From: Alphaproteobacteria bacterium
GTDB taxonomy: Bacteria > Pseudomonadota > Alphaproteobacteria > UBA828
Assembly: GCA_963667785.2 (NCBI GenBank)
Contig: CAXXMU010000001.1
Coordinates: 96,001-160,000, forward strand
Length of the DNA stretch: 64,000 bases
Direction of reading: 5' to 3'
Under the pieces are notes generated by a model. The model was not told the DNA's origin. It saw only the letters and a program-made list of their open reading frames with translations, and did no database searches. Shown here one piece after another: positions 54,861-63,299 of this stretch. The translations under genes were made by a program, and so were the position numbers. Position 1 is the stretch's first letter; every line of letters begins with the position of its first letter.

Positions 54861-55045
54861 GTCTCGGACGGACGCGCGACAGGCCGCGACCGCGGCCCGC
54901 CGCTTATGCGGCGTCCTCGCGGAGGCGCCGGCCGTCGCGCCGGTAGGCGCGCGGTATCAAATGACGGCCGGCAGGCGCGCGGTATCGAATGACGGCCGGC
55001 GGGCGCGCGGAATCGCTGGACGGCCGGCTGCCGTGAGCGACAAAA
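54861..55045 (+). repeat. Dispersed intergenic repeat, copy B (three tandem 28-bp units)
   Basis: Head shared with copy A; units at 54939, 54967 and 54995 (consensus GCCGGCAGGCGCGCGGTATCGAATGACG); common tail. Confidence 0.9.
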
Positions 55046-55084
55046 CGCTGGACCGCTTCTGTTTCACACAGAAGCGGTCCAGCC

Positions 55085-56410
55085 TCACCCGAGCGCGGCG
55101 TCGACCTCGTCCAGGATCGTATCGAGAATGCCGATGGCGTCGCCGATCTGGTCTGCGTCGATGCAGAGCGGCGGGCCGATCAGGAGGCCGTTGAGGCAGA
55201 TCCTGGCCTCCAGCCCGTGCTCCAGCAGCCGGCGCTTCATCGTCTCGTTCAGCGCCCGGTGGTTGGGCGCGGTCGAGAAGGGCGCGTCGCTCGCCGGGTC
55301 GGCGGTGAGCTCGATCGAGGCCAGCAGGCCGAGCGAGCGCACGTCCGAGACGCAAGCGTGGCGCGCCTTGAGGCCGCCCAGGCCGGCCGCCAGCACGGTG
55401 CCCATGCGGGCCGCGTTCTCGATCAGCCCGTCGTTCTCGTAGGCGTCGAGCGCGGCGCAGGCGGCGGCGCAGGCGAGCGGGTTCGCCGTCTGGGTCGAGC
55501 CCATGGGGAACCAGTCCTCGTCGAAGCTGGCGGCCACGTGGGGGCGCATCAGCACCGCTCCCATCGGCACGTAGCCCGAGGTGATGCCCTTGGAGACCGC
55601 CATCAGGTCGGGCACCACGTCCCAGTGCTCGATGCCGAACCAGCGCCCGGTGCGGCCGAAGCCGCAGATCACCTCGTCGGCGATCATCAGGATGCCGTGG
55701 CGGTCGCAGATCTCCCGCAGGATGGGGAAGTATTCCGGCGGCGGCTTGATCCCCCCGCTCGCAGCCGTCATGGGCTCGACGATGACGGCGGCGATCTGCC
55801 CCGGCCCCTCGCGCTCGATCACCTCCTCGACGCTCTTCGCGCACTGCACCCCGCAGCCGGGGTAGGAGAGCGAGAAGGGGCAGCGGTGGCAGTAGGGATC
55901 GAGGAAGCGCACGATGTTGGGGTGATCGTAGCCCACGGCGAGCCGCCTGGGATCGCCGCTCGCCGACATCGAGCCGGACGTGGTGCCGTGGTAGGAGCGG
56001 TACTTGGCGAGGATCTTGCGCCGCCCGGTCACGAGGCGCGCGACCATCATGGCGATCTCGGTGGCCTCGCTGCCGGAGCCCGTGAAGAACGCCGTCTGGA
56101 TGTCGCCGGGGGCGACGGCGGCGAGCTTGCGGCCTAGCGTCTCGCGCGCGGCCGTGGTGTGGTGCGGGCCGATGTAGCAGAGCCTGCCGGCCTGCTCCCG
56201 GATCGCCTCGATCACCTTCGGGTGCTGGTAGCCGAGATTGACGTTCACCAGCTGCGAGGAGAAATCGAGATAGCGCTTGCCGGCGGTGTCGTAGAAGTAG
56301 ACTCCCTCGCCGCTCTCCATCTCGATCACCGGGTCCAGCGCGTTCTGCGCGGCCCAGGGGATGATGTCGTAGCGCCGGTTGGCGCCAGCCGTCGTCGCCT
56401 GCTCGCTCAT
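55085..56410 (-). CDS. Class III (omega-amino acid) aminotransferase
   Basis: YLDFSSQL, SYHGTT, ADEVICGFGRTG, SKGITSGY. Confidence 0.92.
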   Translation of the reverse strand: MSEQATTAGANRRYDIIPWAAQNALDPVIEMESGEGVYFYDTAGKRYLDFSSQLVNVNLGYQHPKVIEAIREQAGRLCYIGPHHTTAARETLGRKLAAVAPGDIQTAFFTGSGSEATEIAMMVARLVTGRRKILAKYRSYHGTTSGSMSASGDPRRLAVGYDHPNIVRFLDPYCHRCPFSLSYPGCGVQCAKSVEEVIEREGPGQIAAVIVEPMTAASGGIKPPPEYFPILREICDRHGILMIADEVICGFGRTGRWFGIEHWDVVPDLMAVSKGITSGYVPMGAVLMRPHVAASFDEDWFPMGSTQTANPLACAAACAALDAYENDGLIENAARMGTVLAAGLGGLKARHACVSDVRSLGLLASIELTADPASDAPFSTAPNHRALNETMKRRLLEHGLEARICLNGLLIGPPLCIDADQIGDAIGILDTILDEVDAALG

Positions 56411-56459
56411 CTGTTCCTCCTGCTGCGCCTTCCGGCTGCCCGCCGCGTCTGGGCGGCCG

Positions 56460-56807
56460 CTAGCGCGCGGCCACCACCATGATCTCGACCGTGTAGGCCG
56501 GCGTCGCCAGCCTGCTCTCGACGCAGGCCCGGCAGGGCGGGTTCTCCTTGGAGACCCAGGGGTCCCACACGCTGTTCATCTCGTCGAAGGTGCGGATGTC
56601 CGAGAGCCAGACATTGGCGGTCAGAATCTGCTCCTTCGACGAGCCCGCCTTGGCCAGCAGGGCCTCGATCTTGGCGATCACCTGCCGGGTCTGGCCGGCG
56701 ACGTCCTGGCTGGTGTCGTCGGCCACCTGGCCGGCGAGGTAGACCCGGTCGCCGTGCACCACCGCCTGGCTCATGCGGGGGCCCTTGTCGAAGCGTTCGA
56801 TTGTCAT
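56460..56807 (-). CDS. RidA family protein (YoaB-like)
   Basis: RMSQAV, YLAGQV, MNSVWD, RACVE, VEIMV. Confidence 0.92.
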   Translation of the reverse strand: MTIERFDKGPRMSQAVVHGDRVYLAGQVADDTSQDVAGQTRQVIAKIEALLAKAGSSKEQILTANVWLSDIRTFDEMNSVWDPWVSKENPPCRACVESRLATPAYTVEIMVVAAR

Positions 56808-56876
56808 GGCGTGTCTCCCTTTTCTGATGGAGTGCGGTTGGCTGATGGTAGCGGGGATGCCGGCTTCGTGCAGCGC

Positions 56877-58169
56877 TCACCCGCAGGCTCGGGCCTCGAT
56901 ATCCTGCGCCGCGCGGGTCACGGCCGCGATTTCGGGGTAGGCGGCGGCGTTCGTCAGCAGCTCACGGCCGAGGAGGAGGGCCGGGCGCTCGCAGGCGGCG
57001 CGGCGGTCGGGATCCTCGATCCACTCGAAATCGATGTTGTGGGCGATTCCCAAGATGCGGCGGATCATCTTGGCGCCGGCGAACTGCAGCGTGTCGGTGA
57101 AGAGGGCGGCGATGGCGTCGTCGCGCGCGTGCGCAAGCGAGGCGGCACCGTCTGCGCCCGCGAAGAGCGCCGCCGGGTAGGCGTCGCCCTCGCGTTCCGC
57201 CCAGAGCGCGCCGAAGCGCTCGGCGAAGCCCAGCCAGAACGCCTCGACGGTCTCCAGCACCCAGGCCTTGTAGCCCGCGCGGTCGTCCGCCTCCGTCGCG
57301 TGGCCCGCCTGGCTGAAGTAGTTGAGCAGCAGGTTGCCGACGAAGGCGCCGGTATCGAAGCCCATCGGCCCGTAGAAGGCGAACTCGGGGTCGATGACGC
57401 GGGTGTCCTCCTGCGTCACCATGATCGAGCCGGTGTGCAGGTCGCCGTGGATCAGCGCCTCGGCGCTCCCCATGAAGCGGCACTTGAGGCGGGAGACGGC
57501 GCGCTTCAGCGGCGCATCGGCGCGGAACGCGGCGGCGATGTCGTCGAGCTGCGGCGAGGTCCAGCGGTTGTTGTCGTGGACCATGTAGGGCTCGGTGAAG
57601 ATCACGTCCTCGGTGATCCCGCAGAGCGCCGTGTTGCCGCAGAAGAGCGCGACGCGCGCCTTCTTGTCGGCCCCGCCCATGCCGAGATCGGAGGTGAAGA
57701 AGAGGGTGCGCGCCATGTATTCCGCCATGTCGGCGGCCACGCGCGGGTAGCGGATGCCCTGGATCATGCCGCGCCGCATGATGATGTGGGGCTCCAGCAG
57801 CTCCATCACCGTCAGCATCATCACGGGGTCGAAGCGGTAGACGGCGGGCGTGAGCCCCGGCGCGTGGCGGCCGTGCTCGACCAGCGCCTCGTGCTCGAAG
57901 AGGGCGCGGTCGAGCGGCAGCGGCCAGCTCTCGCCCACCAGCCGCACGTAGGGCAGCGCCTGCTTCACGCAGAGGCCGCCGGCGGGGCCGTGCACGAGGA
58001 AGACCAGGTTGAGGTTGCCGTCGCCGACCTCGTCCACCTGCCAGGCCGCAGGCGCGCCGCCGAGGCGGGCGGAGAGCGCCGGGTGCTCGGCGAGATAGGG
58101 GGGAAGGCTCGCCGCATCCAGGGGGCGGTAGCCGTCGGGCACGGCGATGGGGTTCTGGTCTTTGCTCAC
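56877..58169 (-). CDS. mtnK: S-methyl-5-thioribose kinase
   Basis: EVGDGNLNLVF, VKQALPYVR, HGDLHTGS, IDPEFAFYGPMGFD. Confidence 0.93.
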   Translation of the reverse strand: MSKDQNPIAVPDGYRPLDAASLPPYLAEHPALSARLGGAPAAWQVDEVGDGNLNLVFLVHGPAGGLCVKQALPYVRLVGESWPLPLDRALFEHEALVEHGRHAPGLTPAVYRFDPVMMLTVMELLEPHIIMRRGMIQGIRYPRVAADMAEYMARTLFFTSDLGMGGADKKARVALFCGNTALCGITEDVIFTEPYMVHDNNRWTSPQLDDIAAAFRADAPLKRAVSRLKCRFMGSAEALIHGDLHTGSIMVTQEDTRVIDPEFAFYGPMGFDTGAFVGNLLLNYFSQAGHATEADDRAGYKAWVLETVEAFWLGFAERFGALWAEREGDAYPAALFAGADGAASLAHARDDAIAALFTDTLQFAGAKMIRRILGIAHNIDFEWIEDPDRRAACERPALLLGRELLTNAAAYPEIAAVTRAAQDIEARACG

Positions 58170-58238
58170 GGCCCGGTCGATCCCTGCCGGTGGGACGGCC
58201 AGACCATAGTCGATCGCCGGCCCCCCGCGAAGGCGCCG

Positions 58239-59249
58239 CTATTCGCCCCACACCTCGCGGAAGACCCGGACCCAGTTGCCGCCGAGAATCTTCTTCGTCG
58301 TCTCCTCGCCGTAGCCGCGCTCCAGCAGGCGCCTGGTCAGGTTGCGCAGCGTGCGCGGCGTGGCGATGCCGTCCGGGAAGTGATGCGGCGGCGGCGGGTA
58401 GGATTCGGGCCGCCAGTCGCCGGCCGCGATGCGCCCCTCGTACATGCGCGTGGACTCCTCGTCGCTGACCACCGGCGCCTGCCCCTTGTAGTAGTCGAGG
58501 CCGAGGCCGACGTGGTCGTCGCCCACGAGGCCCACCACATGGTCGATGTGATCGACGAACTCGTCGAGAGTGGGTCTGGGCGATGCGCTGACGAAGGGCG
58601 GAAAGCCGACGATGCCGATCAGGCCGCCGGTCGCGGCCGCCGCCCTGATCTGCTCGTCGCTGATGTTGCGCGGCGATTCCCTCACCGCCTTCGCGTTCGA
58701 GTGCGAGAAGACCACGGGGCGCGAGGACGCCTCGATCGCATCCATGGTGGTGCGATAGCCGGTATGGCTGCAATCGACCACGATGCGGGCCTCGTTGAGG
58801 CGCTCGATCACCTTGAGGCCGAAGGTGCTGAGCCCGGCGTCGGTCCGCTCCTCGCAGCCGTCGCCCACGCGGTTCTTCACGTTGTAGGCGAGCTGGATCA
58901 TGCCGACGCCGAGCGCTTTGTAGGCATCGATCAGGTTGAGGTCGTCCTCGATCGGCTCGGTCCCCTGGAAGTGGAACACCACGCCGAGCCGGCGCGCGGT
59001 TTTGGCGGCGGCGAAGTCGGCAGCCCGCCTGACGAGGACGAGCCTCGGGTCCCTCTCGATGGCGCGGATCCACTCGCCCAGCACCCGCAGCGTGGGGCCG
59101 GCGCGCTGGAACGCGCCGACGGTCGGCCCCGCCGCGGTCGCGCCGCCCTCGATCCACCAGTCGATGTACCGACGGTCCATCACGAGCGGGCATACCGCGT
59201 CGATCACGATGGCCTCGTCGTGGAGTCGCTTGTCGTCGATCGTGCCCAC
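58239..59249 (-). CDS. Membrane dipeptidase (peptidase M19) family protein
   Basis: QLAYN, DCSH, FSHSN, RNISDEQ, DHIDH, GLGLDY, GGNW. Confidence 0.88.
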   Translation of the reverse strand: MGTIDDKRLHDEAIVIDAVCPLVMDRRYIDWWIEGGATAAGPTVGAFQRAGPTLRVLGEWIRAIERDPRLVLVRRAADFAAAKTARRLGVVFHFQGTEPIEDDLNLIDAYKALGVGMIQLAYNVKNRVGDGCEERTDAGLSTFGLKVIERLNEARIVVDCSHTGYRTTMDAIEASSRPVVFSHSNAKAVRESPRNISDEQIRAAAATGGLIGIVGFPPFVSASPRPTLDEFVDHIDHVVGLVGDDHVGLGLDYYKGQAPVVSDEESTRMYEGRIAAGDWRPESYPPPPHHFPDGIATPRTLRNLTRRLLERGYGEETTKKILGGNWVRVFREVWGE

Positions 59250-59394
59250 GCCTGGAGCCTCCCTCTCACGCGCCCGTCGCGCCGTCGCGACCGTCCCGTC
59301 CCGTCCCTGTCTCTTTCGAGCGCCGGGCGGCATTCTCGCCCAAGAGTCGCGGCGAGGGCAGTGCTCGCGACACCGCGAGACGAGCCGTGCGGGA

Positions 59395-59423
59395 TTGACG
59401 GCCGGCCCGCGCCCGGCCATCGT
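59395..59423 (+). promoter_or_regulatory. Putative sigma70 promoter, probably leaderless transcript
   Basis: TTGACG-N17-CATCGT, 6 nt before the GTG at 59430; no SD. Confidence 0.55.
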
Positions 59424-59429
59424 CGGCGC

Positions 59430-60131
59430 GTGCCGACCGCCCTCAGTATCGTCATCCCCACCCTCGACGCCGCCGACGTTCTCGGCGCGACGCTTGCCGC
59501 GCTCGCTCCCGGCGTCGAGCGGCTCGGTGCGCGCGGCACGCCGGTCGAGGTCGTGATCGCCGACGGCGGCTCCCGCGACGGGACGGCCGAGGAGGCCCGC
59601 CGGCGCGGACTGCGGCTGACGAGCGCGGCGCAGGGGCGGGGCCGGCAGCTCGCGGCCGGTGCCGAGGCGGCGTCCGGCGCGTGGCTGCTCTTCCTCCACG
59701 CCGACACGCGCCCCGCGCCCGGCTGGGCCGACGAGGTGAGCGCCTTCGTCGCCGCGCCCGGCAACGAGGGCCGCGCAGCCTGCTTCCGCTTCGCCCTCGA
59801 CGATCGCGGGGCGGCGCCGCGCCTGCTGGAGCGGCTGGTGGCGCTCCGCTGCCGCCTCCTCTCGCTCCCCTACGGCGACCAGGGGCTGCTGATCCACCGA
59901 AGCCTCTACGAGGCGCTGGGGGGATTCCGCCCGTTGCCCCTCATGGAGGACGTGGACCTCGCCCGCCGCATCGGCCGGCGGCGGCTCGCCTATCTGGCGA
60001 CGCCGGCGGTCACCTCGGCCGTGCGCTACCGCCGCGCGGGCTACGGCGCGCGCGTGCTGCGCAACGTCTGCTGCCTGATGCTCTTCTCGCTGGGGGTCAG
60101 GGCCGAAACGGTGGCTAGGCTCTACGGATGA
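59430..60131 (+). CDS. GT2 glycosyltransferase, TIGR04283-like
   Basis: SIVIPTL, DGGSRD, FLHADT, PYGDQG, LMEDV, TSAVRY. Confidence 0.88.
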   Translation: MPTALSIVIPTLDAADVLGATLAALAPGVERLGARGTPVEVVIADGGSRDGTAEEARRRGLRLTSAAQGRGRQLAAGAEAASGAWLLFLHADTRPAPGWADEVSAFVAAPGNEGRAACFRFALDDRGAAPRLLERLVALRCRLLSLPYGDQGLLIHRSLYEALGGFRPLPLMEDVDLARRIGRRRLAYLATPAVTSAVRYRRAGYGARVLRNVCCLMLFSLGVRAETVARLYG

Positions 60132-60820
60132 GGCCGCACGAGCGCCACCTCGCGATCTTCGCCAAGGAGCCGAGGCTAGGCCGGGCCAAGAGGCGCCTCG
60201 CCGGCGACGTCGGCCACGCCGAGGCCTGGCTCTTCTACCGCAGGCTGGTGCGCCGCGTGCTGCCGCCGATCGCCCGCGACCCACGCTGGACCACGTGGCT
60301 CGCGACGACGCCCGACGATTGGCAGGGACGGGAGCCCTTCTGGCCCTTCGCCCTGCCGCGCATCGGGCAGGGGCCGGGCGATGTCGGACGGCGCATGCTG
60401 CGCGTCTTCCGCAGCCTGCCGCCGGGGCCGGCGATCATCGTCGGCAGCGACATCCCGGGGCTCGCGCCGGCCCACGTCGCGCGCGGCTTCGCAGCGCTCG
60501 GCCGCGCCGACATGGTGCTGGGGCCGGCGACCGACGGCGGCTACTGGCTGATCGGGCTGAGCCAGCGCGCCCGCGCGATCGACCCCTTCCGGGACGTGCG
60601 CTGGTCGAGCCCGTGGGCGCTCGCCGACACCATGCGCGGGCTGCCGGCGGGCTTCCGCCTCGCTCGGGCCGACTGCCTCGCCGACGTGGACGACGGCGAG
60701 GCCTACGACCGCTGGCGCGCCCAGGCGAGCGCACCCGCCGAGACGCGCGAACGGGTTGGCGAACGCTCCTTGCTGCGCCCTCGGGCCAGCGAACCCTCCC
60801 GCTACGCGCGCACGGGATAG
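60128..60820 (+). CDS. TIGR04282-like (DUF2064) glycosyltransferase-fold protein
   Basis: FAKEP..G.AKRRL, QGPGDVGRRM, GSDIP, GPATDGGYWLIG, DVD. Confidence 0.88.
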   Translation: MRPHERHLAIFAKEPRLGRAKRRLAGDVGHAEAWLFYRRLVRRVLPPIARDPRWTTWLATTPDDWQGREPFWPFALPRIGQGPGDVGRRMLRVFRSLPPGPAIIVGSDIPGLAPAHVARGFAALGRADMVLGPATDGGYWLIGLSQRARAIDPFRDVRWSSPWALADTMRGLPAGFRLARADCLADVDDGEAYDRWRAQASAPAETRERVGERSLLRPRASEPSRYARTG

Positions 60821-60871
60821 CGCGTTCTCCCGCGAGCGCGCTCAGGCGAGCGACTCTTTCCTCCCGCGCGC

Positions 60872-61264
60872 TCAGGCGAGCGCGACGCACTCGATCTCGA
60901 TGTCGAACTCCATCGGCCACGACGCCATGGCGACGAAGGTCCTGGCCGGCGGATCGTGCGGGAAGTAGCGCCCGTAGATCTCGTTCACGATCCGGTAGTA
61001 GGCGGAATTGGTGACGAAGACGTTGCACTTCACTACGCGCGCGAGCGAGGAGCCGGCGCTTTCCAGCGTGTGCTGCATCACCCTCATCACCTGCTCGGTC
61101 TGCACGTCGATCCCGCCCTTCACCATCTGGCCCGTCTCGAGGTCGAGCGGCGGCAGGCCCGAGACGTAGAGGAAGCCGCCCGCGCGCACGCAGGGCGAGA
61201 GCGGCACGCCGATCTGGCGCAGCGCGTCCGAGAGCTTGGGTATCTCGACGATTTCCTTCTCCAC
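60872..61264 (-). CDS. RidA family protein
   Basis: YVSG, NEIYGRYF, PPART, DIEIEC; AAGGAG RBS before the GTG. Confidence 0.9.
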   Translation of the reverse strand: MEKEIVEIPKLSDALRQIGVPLSPCVRAGGFLYVSGLPPLDLETGQMVKGGIDVQTEQVMRVMQHTLESAGSSLARVVKCNVFVTNSAYYRIVNEIYGRYFPHDPPARTFVAMASWPMEFDIEIECVALA

Positions 61265-61303
61265 CGTTCCTTCTCCTTCTCCCGGTCTCAGACGGCGCGC
61301 CAT

Positions 61304-61873
61304 CTATATGGCGCGCGCGTCAGGCTGCGCGGACGCGCGACGTTCGCTCTCCTGCAGGCGGGGCATCAGCTCCACCAGGTTGCACGGCCGCCAGCGATAG
61401 TCGAGCTGGTAGCGGAGGATCTTGTCCCAGCCGTCCTTGCAGGCGCCGGGCGAGCCCGGCAGCGCGAACAGGTAGGTGCCGCCGGCAACGCCGCCGGTGG
61501 TGCGGGACTGCATCGTCGACGTGCCGATCAGCTCGTAGCTGAGCTGGCGGAAGAGCTCGCCGAAGCCCGGTATCTCCTTGTCGTAGACCTCCTGGAAGGC
61601 CTCCGGCGTCACGTCGCGGCCGGTCACCCCGGTGCCGCCGGTCGCGATCACCGCGTCGACCTCCGTATCGGCGATCCAGCCCCTGAGCGCCGCGACGATC
61701 TCGGCCCGCTCGTCGGTCACGATGCGGCGGGCGGCGACGCGGTGGCCTGCCCCCTCGATCCGCTCCACCAGCACCCGGCCGGAGCGGTCGTCCGCCATCC
61801 CGCGGCTGTCCGAGACCGTGAGCACCGCGATGTTGACGGCGCGGAAGGGCCTCTTCTCGTCGATTCCGATCAT
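61304..61873 (-). CDS. moaB: Molybdenum cofactor biosynthesis protein B
   Basis: LTVSDSR, TGGTGVTGRDVTPEA, PGFGELFR, LPGSPGAC. Confidence 0.95.
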   Translation of the reverse strand: MIGIDEKRPFRAVNIAVLTVSDSRGMADDRSGRVLVERIEGAGHRVAARRIVTDERAEIVAALRGWIADTEVDAVIATGGTGVTGRDVTPEAFQEVYDKEIPGFGELFRQLSYELIGTSTMQSRTTGGVAGGTYLFALPGSPGACKDGWDKILRYQLDYRWRPCNLVELMPRLQESERRASAQPDARAI

Positions 61874-62733
61874 CGCTCGGCGTCTCCGTTCTTCATCACC
61901 TCCTCGATGGCGAGGAGGTCGCGCCAGACCTCGCGCTTGGCCTGCGGCGAGCGCAGCAGGTAGGCGGGGTGGAAGGTCGCCGTGGCCTGGATGCTCCCCT
62001 CCATGCGCGGCGTCGAGAAGGGGAACCACTGGCCGCGCAGCCGGGTGATGCCCTCGCGCCGGCCGAGCAGGGCCTTGGCGGCGATGCCGCCGACCAGCAC
62101 CAGGATGCGCGGCGCGATCAGCTCGATCTGGCGTTCCAGGAAGGGCTGGCAGATGGCGAGCTCCTCGGCGGTGGGCGAGCGGTTGCCGGGCGGCCGCCAG
62201 GGCAGCATGTTGGTGATGTAGACGGCCGAGCGGTCGAGGCCGATGGCGGCCAGCATGCGGTCGAGCAGGCGGCCGGCGGGCCCGACGAAGGGGAGGCCCT
62301 GACGGTCCTCCTCGGCGCCCGGCGCCTCGCCCACGATCATCAGCGCGGCTTGCGGGTTGCCGTCGCCAATCACCGTGCTGGTTGCGGTGCGCTTCAGCGC
62401 GCAGCCGTCGAAGGCGCCGACCGCCGCCACGAGCTGGTCGAGGCTGGTGCAGGCGGCGGCGATCTCGTGCGCGCTCCAGGTGGCGTCGCCCGGCGGAAGC
62501 AGCGGCGCAGGCGGGGCGTCCGGCGCAGGCTCCGGCGAGGCGGGCTCTCGCGGCGCGGCCTCTTGCGGGGCAGCCGCTTGCGGTGTAGCCGGGGCGGGCG
62601 CGGGCTCGCGGGCGACGGCCACCGCGGCTTCCGCCTCCCCGTAGCGATCGCGCGGCGCGTGGTCGATCGCCTGGTCGACGCCGGCACGCGCGTACCAGTC
62701 CAGAAGCGCCCGGATCCCTCGGTCTTCGCCCAT
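61870..62733 (-). CDS. Uracil-DNA glycosylase, family 4
   Basis: GEAPGAEED, PFVGPAG, RPPGNR, FHPAYLLR; Ala/Pro-rich N-terminal linker. Confidence 0.93.
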   Translation of the reverse strand: MGEDRGIRALLDWYARAGVDQAIDHAPRDRYGEAEAAVAVAREPAPAPATPQAAAPQEAAPREPASPEPAPDAPPAPLLPPGDATWSAHEIAAACTSLDQLVAAVGAFDGCALKRTATSTVIGDGNPQAALMIVGEAPGAEEDRQGLPFVGPAGRLLDRMLAAIGLDRSAVYITNMLPWRPPGNRSPTAEELAICQPFLERQIELIAPRILVLVGGIAAKALLGRREGITRLRGQWFPFSTPRMEGSIQATATFHPAYLLRSPQAKREVWRDLLAIEEVMKNGDAER

Positions 62734-62776
62734 CGCCGGCAGGATATCAGAGCCGCGCCCCGCGCTCATCCGCCGT

Positions 62777-62853
62777 GCCGGCAGGCACGCGGTATCGAAT
62801 GACGGCCGGCAGGCGCGCGGTATCGGATGACGGCCGGCTGCCGTGAGCGACAA
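62777..62853 (+). repeat. Dispersed intergenic repeat, copy C (two 28-bp units plus tail, no head)
   Basis: Units at 62777 and 62805; tail GCCGGCTGCCGTGAGCGACAA identical to copy B. Confidence 0.88.
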
Positions 62854-62865
62854 GGAGACCGAAGT

Positions 62866-62886
62866 GTTTCCGCCCGAAGCGGAAAC
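62866..62886 (-). terminator. Hairpin just after the 62890 stop, possible terminator
   Basis: GTTTCCGC-TTCGG-GCGGAAAC 8-bp stem; U-tract is weak. Confidence 0.35.
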
Positions 62887-62889
62887 GCT

Positions 62890-63156
62890 CTACGGCTTCT
62901 TCCCGCCGCTGCGCGGCAGGTCGATGACCCGGCCGCCGTCCCTGCGCGGGTCGAAGTCGTATCCCCTGCGCACCTCGACGTTGCGCAGGATGACCTCGAG
63001 CGCGGTCGCATCGAAGGGGTCCACGTCGCCCGGCTCGCGATACTTCGCCTTCAGGCTGTGCAGCATCTCGCGCTCGTTGGGCATCAGGTCCTCCTCCACC
63101 GCTTCCGCCGCCTCGATCAGGCGCTGAAGCGCGACGAAGGCCACCAGCTCGACCAT
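62890..63156 (-). CDS. Small hypothetical protein (88 aa)
   Basis: Host-like codon usage, purine-rich RBS before the ATG at 63156. Confidence 0.6.
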   Translation of the reverse strand: MVELVAFVALQRLIEAAEAVEEDLMPNEREMLHSLKAKYREPGDVDPFDATALEVILRNVEVRRGYDFDPRRDGGRVIDLPRSGGKKP

Positions 63157-63299
63157 CGCGGTCTTCCTTCTCTCTGCGCGCACCCCTTGCAAGCGATATC
63201 GGGCCGTTTGTCAAACCGGTGCCGCACGGGCGATTGCAACGGCTGCGCCGGCGGCCCAGGATGGGAGCAACCGGCCATGCGGCAGGCGGAGAGGGAAGA

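Noticed and set aside
54939-55022. 28-bp tandem units as a mini CRISPR array
   Set aside because: Units are contiguous with no unique spacers, they are degenerate, and no cas genes are in the window.
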